A stretch of DNA of 64,000 nt from an uncultured Collinsella sp. (GTDB lineage: Bacteria; Actinomycetota; Coriobacteriia; Coriobacteriales; Coriobacteriaceae). This document shows, piece after piece, positions 31,463 to 41,345 of the stretch. The translations under genes were made by a program, and so were the position numbers. The notes under the pieces are model-generated. The model had not been told where the DNA came from and did no database searches. It worked only from the letters and a program-made list of their open reading frames with translations. Location of the stretch: assembly GCA_902464965.1 (NCBI GenBank), contig CABQLI010000003.1, positions 93-64,092 on the forward strand. Reading direction: 5' to 3'. The stretch's first letter is position 1; each line of letters opens with the position of its first letter.

Positions 31463-32608
31463 TTACATCGCCTCATGCGTCTCGTATACGTGCGCATCGG
31501 CCTTGGACGCCTCGGACAGGCCGTCGTTGATCTTGGCACACAGGTCGCAGGTGGAGCAGGAGTCGAGCTGCTTCTTGGTGACGCGGCCCTCCTCATAATC
31601 ACGAACGACCTTGAGCTCGTGCATGTCGTAGGGCCTCTTGGTGAACAGCGCCTTCACCTTGTGCTTGAGTACCCACCAGCCGGGCTTCCAGATGTACTTG
31701 TGCATGGCCGGGCTCACCGAGCCGATCATCCAGCAGTTGCGGTCGCAGTGGCGGACCTTCGCGCGGACCCTCTCGGCCTGGTCGGAGTTCCAGAGCTCGT
31801 CCCAGGACTCCTCGTTGAGGTTGCCCATGACCTCTTTGTCCTTGGTGCCGTTGCAGGGCATGACGTCGCCGTAGGGGTCGATGAAGAAGGTGTCGAACGC
31901 CATGTCGCACGGCAGCAGACGGGGCTGGCCGTAGATGTAGTTGATGAGGCCGTGGTTGAAGTAGGCGCGGAACCACTTCTTGGGGCTGCTGGACCTGAGA
32001 AGCTCGTTGACCAGGTCCTCGAAGTTCTTGGCCACCATGGGTCGGTCGTGGATGATGTTCTTGGCCTCTACGAAGTAGAAGCTGTTGTGAAGCGACGCCG
32101 TGGCGAACTCCATGCCCAGCTCGTCGGAGATCTTGTAGAGGGGGACCAGGTCGGGCGCGTTGAGGTCCTGCACCGTCATGCCGAAACCGACGTCGGGGTG
32201 CTTGAGCTCGACGAGCTTCTTGAGCGTAGCGTAGCCTCGGTTGTAGCCGTTATCCAGGCCGCGGATCTTGTCGTTGGTCTGCTGCAGGCCCTCGATGGAG
32301 ATGCGGATGCCGACGTTGGGGAACTCCTCGCACAGGTCGATGATGCGGTCGGTGAAGAAGCCGTTCGTGGAGATCACGATGCGGTCGGACTTCTTGTAGA
32401 GCTCGCGCACGATGTCCTTGAGGTCCTGGCGGATGAAGGGCTCGCCGCCGGTGATGTTGGTGAAGTACATCTTGGGGAGCTTCTTGATCGTCTCGATGGA
32501 GAGCTCCTCCTCCGGGCGGCTTGGAGCCTTGTAGCGGTTGCACATGGTGCAGCGCGCGTTGCAGCGGTAGGTGACGATGACGGTACCGTTGAGTTTCTTT
32601 TCGGTCAT
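31463..32608 (-). CDS. Radical SAM/SPASM domain protein
   Basis: CNARCTMC, ITGGEP and C-terminal Cys cluster (PCD..GDVMPC..CDRNC). Confidence 0.92.
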   Translation of the reverse strand: MTEKKLNGTVIVTYRCNARCTMCNRYKAPSRPEEELSIETIKKLPKMYFTNITGGEPFIRQDLKDIVRELYKKSDRIVISTNGFFTDRIIDLCEEFPNVGIRISIEGLQQTNDKIRGLDNGYNRGYATLKKLVELKHPDVGFGMTVQDLNAPDLVPLYKISDELGMEFATASLHNSFYFVEAKNIIHDRPMVAKNFEDLVNELLRSSSPKKWFRAYFNHGLINYIYGQPRLLPCDMAFDTFFIDPYGDVMPCNGTKDKEVMGNLNEESWDELWNSDQAERVRAKVRHCDRNCWMIGSVSPAMHKYIWKPGWWVLKHKVKALFTKRPYDMHELKVVRDYEEGRVTKKQLDSCSTCDLCAKINDGLSEASKADAHVYETHEAM

Positions 32609-32626
32609 CTATTTAACCTTTCAAGA

Positions 32627-33742
32627 TCAAGTGGAATACAATTCGAGGGTCCGTTCGACGACGGAGTCCCAGTTGTAGGTTTTCTCGACGTGTGCCTTGG
32701 CGGCGGCGCCGAGAACTCTCCCGTGGTCGCTGTCAGCGAGCAGGTCTCGCAGCGCGGCCCGCAGGGAATCGGCACTGCCCTTATCGAAAGTTACGCCGTT
32801 GCCCGCAAGGACATCTGCGCACTCTGGGATATCGCTCGTCACGCAGCAGCGGCCGTAGGCCATGGCCTCCAGCAGGCTCATTGGCATTCCCTCCACGTCG
32901 GAAGGCAGCACGTAGGCATAGCAGTTGGAGTACAGCTCCTCCAGGGGCTCGCCGTTGACGAATCCGGTGAAGAGGACACGTGGGTCGCCCTGCGCAGCCA
33001 CACGCAGCGACGTCTCGTACTCGGATGTGTCCGAACCGCCGCCAGCGATGACGAGCCTCTTCTCCGTATCGAGCTCCTTGAAGGCTTCGATCAAGAGCTC
33101 GGGACGCTTCTCGGGGACGAGCCTGCCCAGGTACAGCAGGTATGAGCCCGCATCGAGCCCCCATTTATCCTTTATCTGCTTAACCGGCCTATATTGCTTT
33201 GGCTCGATACCGTTGGGGATGAACGTCGTCGTGCGGCCATAGACGTCCTGAAAGTAGGACTGGGCGGACTTGGACAGGACGACGAGGCCGTCGGCCTTGG
33301 TGGCAGCCGCCCTTTCCCCCATCTTGATGTAGGTGCTCGCAAGCCTGCCCCACTTGGCGCGCTGCCAGTCCAGGCCGTGGATGGTGGCGACGGTCCGGAT
33401 GCCGGCAAGCTTCGCCAGCGGAAGGGGTACACAGGGGCCCTCGGCGTGGTAGTGGATCACATCGGGGCGGTCCTTAATTGCGGCCCTGGTGGCAAAGTAT
33501 GATGACGAAAGGGCAGCGAGGCCTTTTTTGTCGATTGTCTTAACCGGCACGACGTGCACGCCGTCGATGACGCGCCCGCGGCAATCCGCGGCGCAGCCGG
33601 TCATGACATCGCTGCCCGAACGGTCGTAGCAGGTCACCTCGTGGCCAAGCTCAACCATTCGGCGGGCCAACTCAGTTACCACGACCTCTACACCACCCTC
33701 TCGAGAGCCGTAGCGCTTATGTCCAATCATCGCTATGCGCAA
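32627..33742 (-). CDS. Glycosyltransferase family 4
   Basis: RIAMIG..GGVE, GRLVPEK and EGMPMSLLEAM motifs; TTG start next to the ugd stop. Confidence 0.92.
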   Translation of the reverse strand: MRIAMIGHKRYGSREGGVEVVVTELARRMVELGHEVTCYDRSGSDVMTGCAADCRGRVIDGVHVVPVKTIDKKGLAALSSSYFATRAAIKDRPDVIHYHAEGPCVPLPLAKLAGIRTVATIHGLDWQRAKWGRLASTYIKMGERAAATKADGLVVLSKSAQSYFQDVYGRTTTFIPNGIEPKQYRPVKQIKDKWGLDAGSYLLYLGRLVPEKRPELLIEAFKELDTEKRLVIAGGGSDTSEYETSLRVAAQGDPRVLFTGFVNGEPLEELYSNCYAYVLPSDVEGMPMSLLEAMAYGRCCVTSDIPECADVLAGNGVTFDKGSADSLRAALRDLLADSDHGRVLGAAAKAHVEKTYNWDSVVERTLELYST

Positions 33743-33743
33743 G

Positions 33744-35003
33744 TTAATCTCTTTTGAACAAATCTCGCGTATACACATTTTCCGCCACGTCCGCGAGCTC
33801 GTCGCTCCAGCGGTTGGCGACGATCACGTCGCAGCCGGCCTTGAAGGCCTCCAGGTCGTGGGTCACCTCGGAGCCGAAGAACTCCGCCGCGTCCAGCGTG
33901 GGCTCGTAGACCACCACGGGCACGCCCTTGGCCTTCACGCGCTTCATGACGCCCTGGATGGAGCTCGCGCGGAAGTTGTCGGAGTTGGACTTCATCGTCA
34001 GGCGGTACACGCCCACGACCGGCTTCTCCTTGCCGTCGTACACGCGGTCCCACACCATCTTCAGCACCTCGTCGGCGACGAAGTCCTTGCGCGTGCGGTT
34101 GGCGTCCACGATGGCCTCGATCAGGTTCTGCGGCACATCCTTGTAGTTGGCCAGCAGCTGCTTTGTGTCCTTGGGCAGGCAGTAGCCGCCGTAGCCGAAG
34201 CTGGGGTTGTTGTAGTGCGATCCGATGCGCGGCTCCAGGCACACGCCGTCGATGACGTCGCGGGTGTTGAGGCCGCGGACCTCGCAGTAGGTGTCGAGCT
34301 CGTTGAAGTAGGCGACGCGGAGGGCCAGGTAGGTGTTGGCGAACAGCTTCACGGCCTCGGCCTCGGTGGTGCCCAGCACGAGCTCGGGGATGCCCTTCGA
34401 GCCGTCGGCGTTGACTCGCTCGAGCTCTGCGGGGTCGGCGCCCTGCGCGAGCAGGCCGGCGAACTTCTCGGCGGCTATAACGGCTTCAGTGTCATCCTTT
34501 GGCGCGCCGACCACGATGCGGCTGGGGTGCAGGTTGTCGTAGAGCGCCTTGCTCTCTCGCAAGAACTCGGGGCTGAAGAAGATCTTGCTGTCGCCTAGCC
34601 TCTCGCGAAGGCCCGCGGTGTAGCCGACGGGAATCGTCGATTTGATGACGATCCAGGCGTCCGGGTTAACCGAGCGCACGGCAGCGATGGCGGCCTCGAC
34701 GGAGCTCGTGTCGAAGAAGTTCCTATCGCTGTCGTAGTTGGTGGGCGTGGCGATGACGGCGTAGTCGGCGCCGGTGTAGGCCTCGGCCACGTCGACGGTG
34801 GCGTGCAGGTCGAGCTCGCGCTCCCCCGCCTTGGCCTCCGCCAGGAAGCGCTCGATCTCGTCGTCCTGGATGGGCGACACATAGTTGTTGATCTTCTCGA
34901 CCTTCTCGGGCACGATGTCCAGCGCGTGTACCTCGTTGTGCTGCGATAACAGGACGGCGAGGGACAGTCCGACGTAGCCGGTTCCGGCGACGGCAATCTT
35001 CAT
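33744..35003 (-). CDS. ugd: UDP-glucose 6-dehydrogenase
   Basis: [20 protein letters not shown] and [10 protein letters not shown] motifs. Confidence 0.95.
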   Translation of the reverse strand: MKIAVAGTGYVGLSLAVLLSQHNEVHALDIVPEKVEKINNYVSPIQDDEIERFLAEAKAGERELDLHATVDVAEAYTGADYAVIATPTNYDSDRNFFDTSSVEAAIAAVRSVNPDAWIVIKSTIPVGYTAGLRERLGDSKIFFSPEFLRESKALYDNLHPSRIVVGAPKDDTEAVIAAEKFAGLLAQGADPAELERVNADGSKGIPELVLGTTEAEAVKLFANTYLALRVAYFNELDTYCEVRGLNTRDVIDGVCLEPRIGSHYNNPSFGYGGYCLPKDTKQLLANYKDVPQNLIEAIVDANRTRKDFVADEVLKMVWDRVYDGKEKPVVGVYRLTMKSNSDNFRASSIQGVMKRVKAKGVPVVVYEPTLDAAEFFGSEVTHDLEAFKAGCDVIVANRWSDELADVAENVYTRDLFKRD

Positions 35004-35041
35004 TTTCTTCTCCGATTCGAATCGGGTATTAAAGTTAGGCA

Positions 35042-35803
35042 TTAGTACGCATCGCTCCCGTTGAAGACCTCCAGAACCGTGAGGAGGACGATCTTGAGGT
35101 CCATGACGATTCCGCGTTTGGCTATGTATTCGAGGTCCCGACGGACCATGCCGTCGAAACCGGTGGAATTGCGCTCCGTAACCTGCCAGAGTCCCGTGAT
35201 GCCTGGCTTCACTGCTAGCCTCTGCAGGTCGTACTCGGTGTACTCCGCGACCTCGTTAGGCAGCGGCGGACGGGGCCCAACGACGCTCATCTGGCCCAGG
35301 AACACGTTAAGGAACTGTGGGAACTCGTCGATGGAGTGCTTGCGGATGAACTTCCCGATCTTGGTGACGCGCGGGTCCTCCTTCATCTTGAACATGGCGC
35401 CGGCGATCTCGTTTTGCTCCCTGAGCTCGGAGAGACGCTTGTCGGCGTCCTTGTACATGCTGCGGAACTTCCACATGCGGAAGGTGGACAGGCTGCCGTC
35501 ACGGTGGGTCTGACCCACGCGGATCTGGCTGTAGAAGGGGTTGCCTTCGCTCTCCAGGCGGATGGCAGCGGCGAGAATTAGGCTGGGGATCGCGATGGCG
35601 ACAAGGGCGGCACCGCTGAAAACGATGTCGAACGCGCGCTTCACGGCCCTATAGACAAGGCGCGAGCGATCCCAGTCCATGATGGATTGCATGGCCTTGT
35701 AGCGGCCGGCGCCCTCGCGCCGGTCCATAGCCTGAGCAATCAACGCTGCGCCCGCTGGCGCATCCGTTGCATATTGAGTTTTTTCCGACACGTTCTCTTC
35801 CAA
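35042..35803 (-). CDS. Priming sugar transferase (Bac_transf family)
   Basis: KRAFDIV, KFRSM, DPRVT, SIDEFPQ and MSVVGPRP motifs. Confidence 0.95.
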   Translation of the reverse strand: MEENVSEKTQYATDAPAGAALIAQAMDRREGAGRYKAMQSIMDWDRSRLVYRAVKRAFDIVFSGAALVAIAIPSLILAAAIRLESEGNPFYSQIRVGQTHRDGSLSTFRMWKFRSMYKDADKRLSELREQNEIAGAMFKMKEDPRVTKIGKFIRKHSIDEFPQFLNVFLGQMSVVGPRPPLPNEVAEYTEYDLQRLAVKPGITGLWQVTERNSTGFDGMVRRDLEYIAKRGIVMDLKIVLLTVLEVFNGSDAY

Positions 35804-35857
35804 TTCTTCGTCCCCAGGTCGGAGATCCTCCCTGTTCTGTTTAGCGACCGCTTGCAG

Positions 35858-36412
35858 CTAGACAATCGCCTTTTTGAGATTGCGCATGACGCGCTGCTCG
35901 TTTGAAAGCACAGCAAGACCAACGCGCGTGGTTACGCGTCGGCCGCACAGGTTGAGCTCCAGATAAGCAGTGCACTTACGTCTATTAATGGTTTTGATGA
36001 GACCCTCGTGGCCCAACAGCGGACCAGCCGTAACTACGACCTGGTCGCCGTCTTTTAGGGCCTCGCTCATGGGTACTACGCGGTCTCCCCTATGCGTAAA
36101 TCCGCCAATAAGCTGAACCTCTTCTTTTGCCAGCGGCACAAACTGACCGTCCTGGGAAAGCACCCGGGCAAAGTCGTCCATACGTAGCAGATACTGTTGC
36201 ACGGTGCGGGGATCTGCCGTATCGCAGATAAGATAACCGGGAAAGAGAGGCTTGGTCGTATTGACCCATTCGCCGTGTACCTTGATCTCGGTTTGATATT
36301 GGGGATAAAAGAGCTCCTGCATGGCGCCAGCCGGCACCATGCGCTCGATGCGCTCGCGCATTACGTCTTCGCGACCGTTAATGACCTGAATCACATACCA
36401 CACGAGCACCAC
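35858..36412 (-). CDS. loaP: NusG-paralog antiterminator (LoaP-like)
   Basis: WYVIQV, PLFPGY and KOW (GDQVVVTAGPL); first gene of the polysaccharide operon. Confidence 0.85.
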   Translation of the reverse strand: MVLVWYVIQVINGREDVMRERIERMVPAGAMQELFYPQYQTEIKVHGEWVNTTKPLFPGYLICDTADPRTVQQYLLRMDDFARVLSQDGQFVPLAKEEVQLIGGFTHRGDRVVPMSEALKDGDQVVVTAGPLLGHEGLIKTINRRKCTAYLELNLCGRRVTTRVGLAVLSNEQRVMRNLKKAIV

Positions 36413-36432
36413 CCCCTTGCTGTCTTACGTGT

Positions 36433-36505
36433 GGCTCACGGGGTTTGGGTATGGCTTCGCCAGGGCGCTTGTGCGCGAAGGCGCTCCATATTCAAACCCT
36501 GAGCC
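36433..36505 (-). promoter_or_regulatory. Long stem-loop in the 5' leader of the loaP/polysaccharide operon
   Basis: GGCTCA..GGGTTTGGGTATGG pairs with CCATATTCAAACCCTGAGCC, enclosing an inner CTTCGC/GCGAAG stem. Confidence 0.45.
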
Positions 36506-37132
36506 CAGTCAGACAAGCACGTGGCTCTGCCCCACCGTGAACGGTATGTACAAATGCAGTTGCTAGAGTCGCGGACGTGTATCGCAAAAATGACCGTGAC
36601 CCCAGCTGGCTGCGTGCGAACCATTCAAGCGGGTACAAAACTGGACCGCACGCAAACAGCTGTAGGACTGCTACGCATTGATACGCAAGCTATTAAATGC
36701 ATCTTAGAATTAACTCAATGCAAATAACGTCGCATGACTTCTCTATTGGAGCTCGTGGTGTTTCTGGCACCGCCGTTACGGCCGGATGCTGATCGACCCT
36801 GCGCTTTGCAACTTGCTGGAGCCGCGAGCGCAGTTGAACTCATGTAACGTAAGGTATCCTAGCACAAGCTGTTAGCGAAACTGATTTGGGCTGCGTTGGA
36901 CAACATATCGTTCATTTGACGTGCTTAGGGGGGTTGTTTTGGGATGTTGTTCACGTTGACGCAGGTTATTGGGGTGCGAGCGGTGGTTAGGGATGCTCCT
37001 GAAGCCCGAATTGACCAGCGAGGCGTACTGGTAATCGCCTTTGTGTAACAAACTATGTACAGACATGGGAAATAAATTGTGCAACTTTTTGTTGGCGTAG
37101 GTGGGGTTTGTGGCGCGTGGTTTTTTGGCATG

Positions 37133-37158
37133 AAAAAAGCCTTCGGAATTCCGAAGGC
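37133..37158 (-). terminator. Intrinsic terminator after tRNA-Ala
   Basis: GCCTTCGGAATTCCGAAGGC followed by a T-run on the minus strand. Confidence 0.8.
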
Positions 37159-37172
37159 CTTTGCATTCACGA

Positions 37173-37248
37173 TGGTGGAGACGAGGGGGATCGAACCCCT
37201 GACCTCTTGACTGCCAGTCAAGCGCTCTCCCAGCTGAGCTACGCCCCC
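37173..37248 (-). tRNA. tRNA-Ala (GGC)
   Basis: 76-nt cloverleaf, anticodon GGC, G3:U70 pair, GGTTCGA T-loop, encoded CCA. Confidence 0.97.
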
Positions 37249-37303
37249 GTGACGAAGAGATACTATAGGGGAAGTTGGCGCGGCGTGCAAGGACTTTTTT
37301 GAG

Positions 37304-37960
37304 TCAGACTTTAAATGCCCATTGATATAGGAAAGCGATGGCGGTGCCGGTGTGGACTTGGATCGTGGCTGTTGGCCTGACGACGTTGCTGATGCCCGTG
37401 TCGGCCAACAAGCCCAGCGGAGCGCGATCTAGTTCCCATTCTAGGCCGTGTTCACTTACCTCGGTGTTGGGGGCAATAGCGATGATGGAGAACGTCTTGC
37501 CTTCGGCGCCTTCGATGGTCCAGGATTCGCCTTCGTGCAGAATGCGGGCCGTGGACTCGTCCTCGGCAATCCAGACTGGGGCGCCCTCGTAGCCCGCGAG
37601 CAAACCCAGTACGGAAAGCGCCATGTCCGGGCGGCCGCCCGTGGCGCAGGTCGCAACCACTTCGGCACCCGGCCAGCGACGGCGGACGGAATCGAGCGCC
37701 AGCGCCAGATCGGTATAGTCCTTGTAAGGGTCGTGGCGCTCTACCTCAAAGGCTTCGGCGGCATCGACCAGCGCGCGGCCCGCATCACTCACCGTGTCGG
37801 CATCCCCCACATATACATCGCAGCTCAGGCCGGCGCCCAGCAGCGCATCGAGTCCGCGGTCCACGGCGACAACGTAGTCGCACTCCCCCGCTAGCCTACG
37901 CAACAGATCCGCGCTTGCCACCACGGGCGAGCCGCAAACTACTAATACCTTGCAAGCCAC
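37304..37960 (-). CDS. thiN: Thiamine pyrophosphokinase
   Basis: AVDRG, VGDADT, KDYTD, GGRPD and GISN motifs. Confidence 0.9.
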   Translation of the reverse strand: MACKVLVVCGSPVVASADLLRRLAGECDYVVAVDRGLDALLGAGLSCDVYVGDADTVSDAGRALVDAAEAFEVERHDPYKDYTDLALALDSVRRRWPGAEVVATCATGGRPDMALSVLGLLAGYEGAPVWIAEDESTARILHEGESWTIEGAEGKTFSIIAIAPNTEVSEHGLEWELDRAPLGLLADTGISNVVRPTATIQVHTGTAIAFLYQWAFKV

Positions 37961-37969
37961 AGCTCTCGC

Positions 37970-38659
37970 CTATCCCTCAAACGAAAGCACGCGGGCCAAA
38001 TCCAGGTCCTCATAGCTATCGATAAAGATATCGCAGTTAACCCGAACGTCGTCGCGCTTCATGCGGCCGTGCGGGTCATAGATGCCCACGCGCTTAAAGC
38101 CTGCGGTACCAGAGCTCTTTAGGCCAAAGACCGCATCCTCAAATACCCAAGCGCGCTCAAACTTGCACCCGTGGCGCTCCTCCAGGCGGCGCAGCGCCAG
38201 CTCGTACACATCGGGGAACTGCTTGGAACGACCTGCCTCGCCCGTCGTGGTAACAAACTCCATGTAAGCGTCGAGCCCGGCACCAGCGAGCGCAGACTGC
38301 ACCAGCTCGGCCGGCGTGGACGTAGCCACGCACATGGCAATGCCTGCCGCCTTCGCCTGCTCCAAAAACGCCAGGAGCCCCTCGCGCGGCGGCACCTTGG
38401 AGTACCCATCAATCAGAATATTGCTCAGCTCACGGTACAGCTCCTCGCCATTCGCGCCAATGCCCCAGGTGTCGTGGTAGGCCTGACACTCATCCTCCAG
38501 CGACAAATGCTCAAACTGGGCAAAATCGTCGACCGTTACGTCGACACCGTGGCGGTGCAATAACTCTGGCTGAGCATAAGCCCAAACGGGGGTGCTATTA
38601 ACCAGCGTGCCGTCGCAATCGAAAATAAAAGCAACCTTGGGAGCGGCGGTATGGGACAT
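37970..38659 (-). CDS. HAD-family hydrolase/phosphatase
   Basis: FDCDGTL, ATS, K..PD and VFED motifs. Confidence 0.9.
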   Translation of the reverse strand: MSHTAAPKVAFIFDCDGTLVNSTPVWAYAQPELLHRHGVDVTVDDFAQFEHLSLEDECQAYHDTWGIGANGEELYRELSNILIDGYSKVPPREGLLAFLEQAKAAGIAMCVATSTPAELVQSALAGAGLDAYMEFVTTTGEAGRSKQFPDVYELALRRLEERHGCKFERAWVFEDAVFGLKSSGTAGFKRVGIYDPHGRMKRDDVRVNCDIFIDSYEDLDLARVLSFEG

Positions 38660-38694
38660 AAACGAACCTTTCGATATCAAATGGTAAACATCCT

Positions 38695-38712
38695 GCTAAA
38701 AACGTTTTACCA
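38695..38712. promoter_or_regulatory. Putative LacI-family operator between the HAD gene and glgB
   Basis: AAAACGTTTT palindromic core; a similar site lies upstream of malQ. Confidence 0.4.
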
Positions 38713-39005
38713 AACGTCAGCCAAACAATTTTGAAACCCAAATTGGTAAAACTGTCAAGAGTTTTACCACGGCAATTCTGCCAGTGGTATAAACATGTCG
38801 CTTACCGATTAAACGCCCCCGCAAATCCGCTTTCGTCCATAAAACTAACGCACAGGTGTTATCGTAGTTTCTGCCGAAAGTTCCACCGAGCACGCGAGGT
38901 GGAACGAATCACAGAAACTTCGCCGTCCCTTCGATTCGTGCAGCCTTGGACCTTTCGCATCTAGTCACCAAGGCAACACGCTGCCGCGTCATGATGGGAT
39001 CAAAC

Positions 39006-41252
39006 GTGAGCGATACAAAGCTAAAGCCAACGGCTAAAAAGCCCGCAACCCGCAAACCGGCTCCGCACGCACCGGAGCTCTCCAAGGACGATGTCTACCT
39101 GTTTGGCATTGGTATGTGGGAGCGCAGCTGGGAAAAGATGGGCGCGCACCCCGACACGCAGCAGCGCACGCGCGGCTGGCGCTTTTGCGTTTGGGCGCCC
39201 GATGTAAAGAGTGTCCATGTCATTGGCGAATTTAACGACTGGGATGAGGAAGCCAACCCGCTGGTGCCCGTGCATACGAGCGCTATTTGGGAAGGCTTTA
39301 TTCCTGGCGCCGAGCAGGGCCAGCTCTATAAATATCTCATCGAGACCAACGAGGGCGAGAAGCTCTACAAGGCCGATCCGTATGCCTTTAAAGCCGAGTG
39401 CCCTCCGGGTACCGCGAGCGTGCTGTGGACCCTCGATGGCTATAAGTGGAACGACGCCGCGTGGCTCAAGCGCCGCGCCGGCCACAACCACATGTCGCAA
39501 CCGCTTAACATCTACGAGGTGCATATTGGCTCGTGGAAGCGCCACGGCGACGCGCCGCAGGGCGAGCCGGACGAGTACGGCAACTACCCCGGCCCCATGG
39601 ATCCCTTCCCCGCGCAGCGCGGCGAGTTTTACACCTACGACGACCTGTCGGTGGAGCTCGTGGACTACGTGCGCGACATGGGCTATACGCATATCGAGGT
39701 CATGCCGCTTATGGAGCATCCCTTCGACGGTTCCTGGGGCTACCAGACGACCGGCTACTACGCCGCCACGTCGCGCTACGGCAATCCGCAGCAGCTCATG
39801 CACTTTATCGATGCGTGCCACGAGGCTGGCATCGGCGTGATCATGGACTGGGTGCCCGGCGGTTTTTGCGCCGACTCCCACGGCCTTGCCACTTTTAACG
39901 GTCACATGCTGTTTGAGCACGAGATTCACCCTAACTGGGGCACGCACAAGTTTGACTTCGCCCGCGGCGAGGTACGCTCCTTCTTGGTCTCCAACGTGCT
40001 GTACTGGCTCGAGAACTTCCACGTGGACGGCATTCGCATGGACGGCGTGTCCAGCATGCTGTACCTCAACTTTGGCATCGACGATCCCGGCCAAAAGAAG
40101 TTCAACAAGTACGGTACCGAGGAGGACCTGGACGCCAGCGCGTTTATCCGTCAGGTCAACTGCGCCGTGGAGGCGCACTACCCCGACGTGATGATGATGG
40201 CCGAGGAGTCCACCGCGTGGCCGCTCGTGACCTATCCGCCGCAGGACGGCGGCCTAGGCTTCCACTACAAGTGGGACATGGGCTGGATGAACGACACCCT
40301 GCACTACATGCAGACCGATTTTCCGTGGCGTCCCGGCAACCACGGCCTGCTCACGTTCTCCATCATGTACGCCTTTACCGAGAACTTCATTTGCCCGCTC
40401 AGCCACGACGAGGTCGTGCACGGCAAGTGCTCGCTGATCGGCCGCATGCCGGGCGACTGGTGGCGCCAGTTTGCCGGCCTGCGCACGCTAGCTTTCTACC
40501 AAATGACGCACCCCGGTGCAAAGCTCAACTTTATGGGCAACGAGATCGGCCAGTTTATCGAGTGGCGCTACTACGAGTCCATCCAGTGGTTCCTGACCGA
40601 GGAGTACGAGACTCACCGTCATCATCAGGCGTTTATCAAGGCGCTCAACCATCTGTACACCGCCGAGCCCGCCCTATACGAGCGCGGCTACACCGACGAC
40701 GGCTTTACCTGGATCGACGCGGACAACTCCAAGCAGTCCATCGTGAGCTTTGTGCGCCAGGGCGAGGACGTCGATAACGACCTGGTGATTCTGATCAACT
40801 TTGACCCGGCGAGCTACGAGAGCTTCCGCGTGGGCGTGCCGCGCGAGGGTGACTGGGTGGTCATCTTCGATTCCGACCGTCCTGAGTTTGGCGGAAGCGG
40901 ATACGCCGGCGAGGAGCCCTACACCTGCTCGAGCGAGCCCTACCCCTGGAACGGGCAGATGGACTCCATCGAGATTAAGGTGCCCGGCCTGGCAGGTGTG
41001 GTGCTTAAGCGCCGCGGCCCCAGCAGCTATAAGCCGCCCGTGGTCGAGGAGCCCAAGAAGGCAACGCGCAAGCGCACGTCCTCGGTAAAGCCCAAGCCCG
41101 CGGCCGCCAAGAAGGCTCCGGCCAAGGCGAAGGCTGCCAAGCCCGCTACCAAAGCTTCGGCCAAGTCCACCACGGCCAAAAAGGCAGCAACCAAAAAGGC
41201 TGCTCCCAAGGCTAAAGCAGCTGCTGTTAAGGCTCCTGCCAAGAAAGCGTAA
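39006..41252 (+). CDS. glgB: 1,4-alpha-glucan branching enzyme with Lys/Ala-rich C-terminal tail
   Basis: VWAP, YEVHIGSW, SWGYQ, DGIRMDGV, AEES and LSHDEVVH motifs; start codon uncertain (38991 or 39006). Confidence 0.95.
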   Translation: MSDTKLKPTAKKPATRKPAPHAPELSKDDVYLFGIGMWERSWEKMGAHPDTQQRTRGWRFCVWAPDVKSVHVIGEFNDWDEEANPLVPVHTSAIWEGFIPGAEQGQLYKYLIETNEGEKLYKADPYAFKAECPPGTASVLWTLDGYKWNDAAWLKRRAGHNHMSQPLNIYEVHIGSWKRHGDAPQGEPDEYGNYPGPMDPFPAQRGEFYTYDDLSVELVDYVRDMGYTHIEVMPLMEHPFDGSWGYQTTGYYAATSRYGNPQQLMHFIDACHEAGIGVIMDWVPGGFCADSHGLATFNGHMLFEHEIHPNWGTHKFDFARGEVRSFLVSNVLYWLENFHVDGIRMDGVSSMLYLNFGIDDPGQKKFNKYGTEEDLDASAFIRQVNCAVEAHYPDVMMMAEESTAWPLVTYPPQDGGLGFHYKWDMGWMNDTLHYMQTDFPWRPGNHGLLTFSIMYAFTENFICPLSHDEVVHGKCSLIGRMPGDWWRQFAGLRTLAFYQMTHPGAKLNFMGNEIGQFIEWRYYESIQWFLTEEYETHRHHQAFIKALNHLYTAEPALYERGYTDDGFTWIDADNSKQSIVSFVRQGEDVDNDLVILINFDPASYESFRVGVPREGDWVVIFDSDRPEFGGSGYAGEEPYTCSSEPYPWNGQMDSIEIKVPGLAGVVLKRRGPSSYKPPVVEEPKKATRKRTSSVKPKPAAAKKAPAKAKAAKPATKASAKSTTAKKAATKKAAPKAKAAAVKAPAKKA

Positions 41253-41345
41253 CAAAGGCGTTACCACTGTGATTACCCGTCCCGTGGGGGCGTAGGATAC
41301 ATGTCATAACCGTTCCGGGAGAAACATCCCCGGGGAAAGGAACGT

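Noticed and set aside
37173..37248. tRNA-Ala as attachment site of an integrative element carrying the EPS/defence region
   Set aside because: No integrase and no duplicated tRNA 3' end seen in the window; the far boundary lies outside it.
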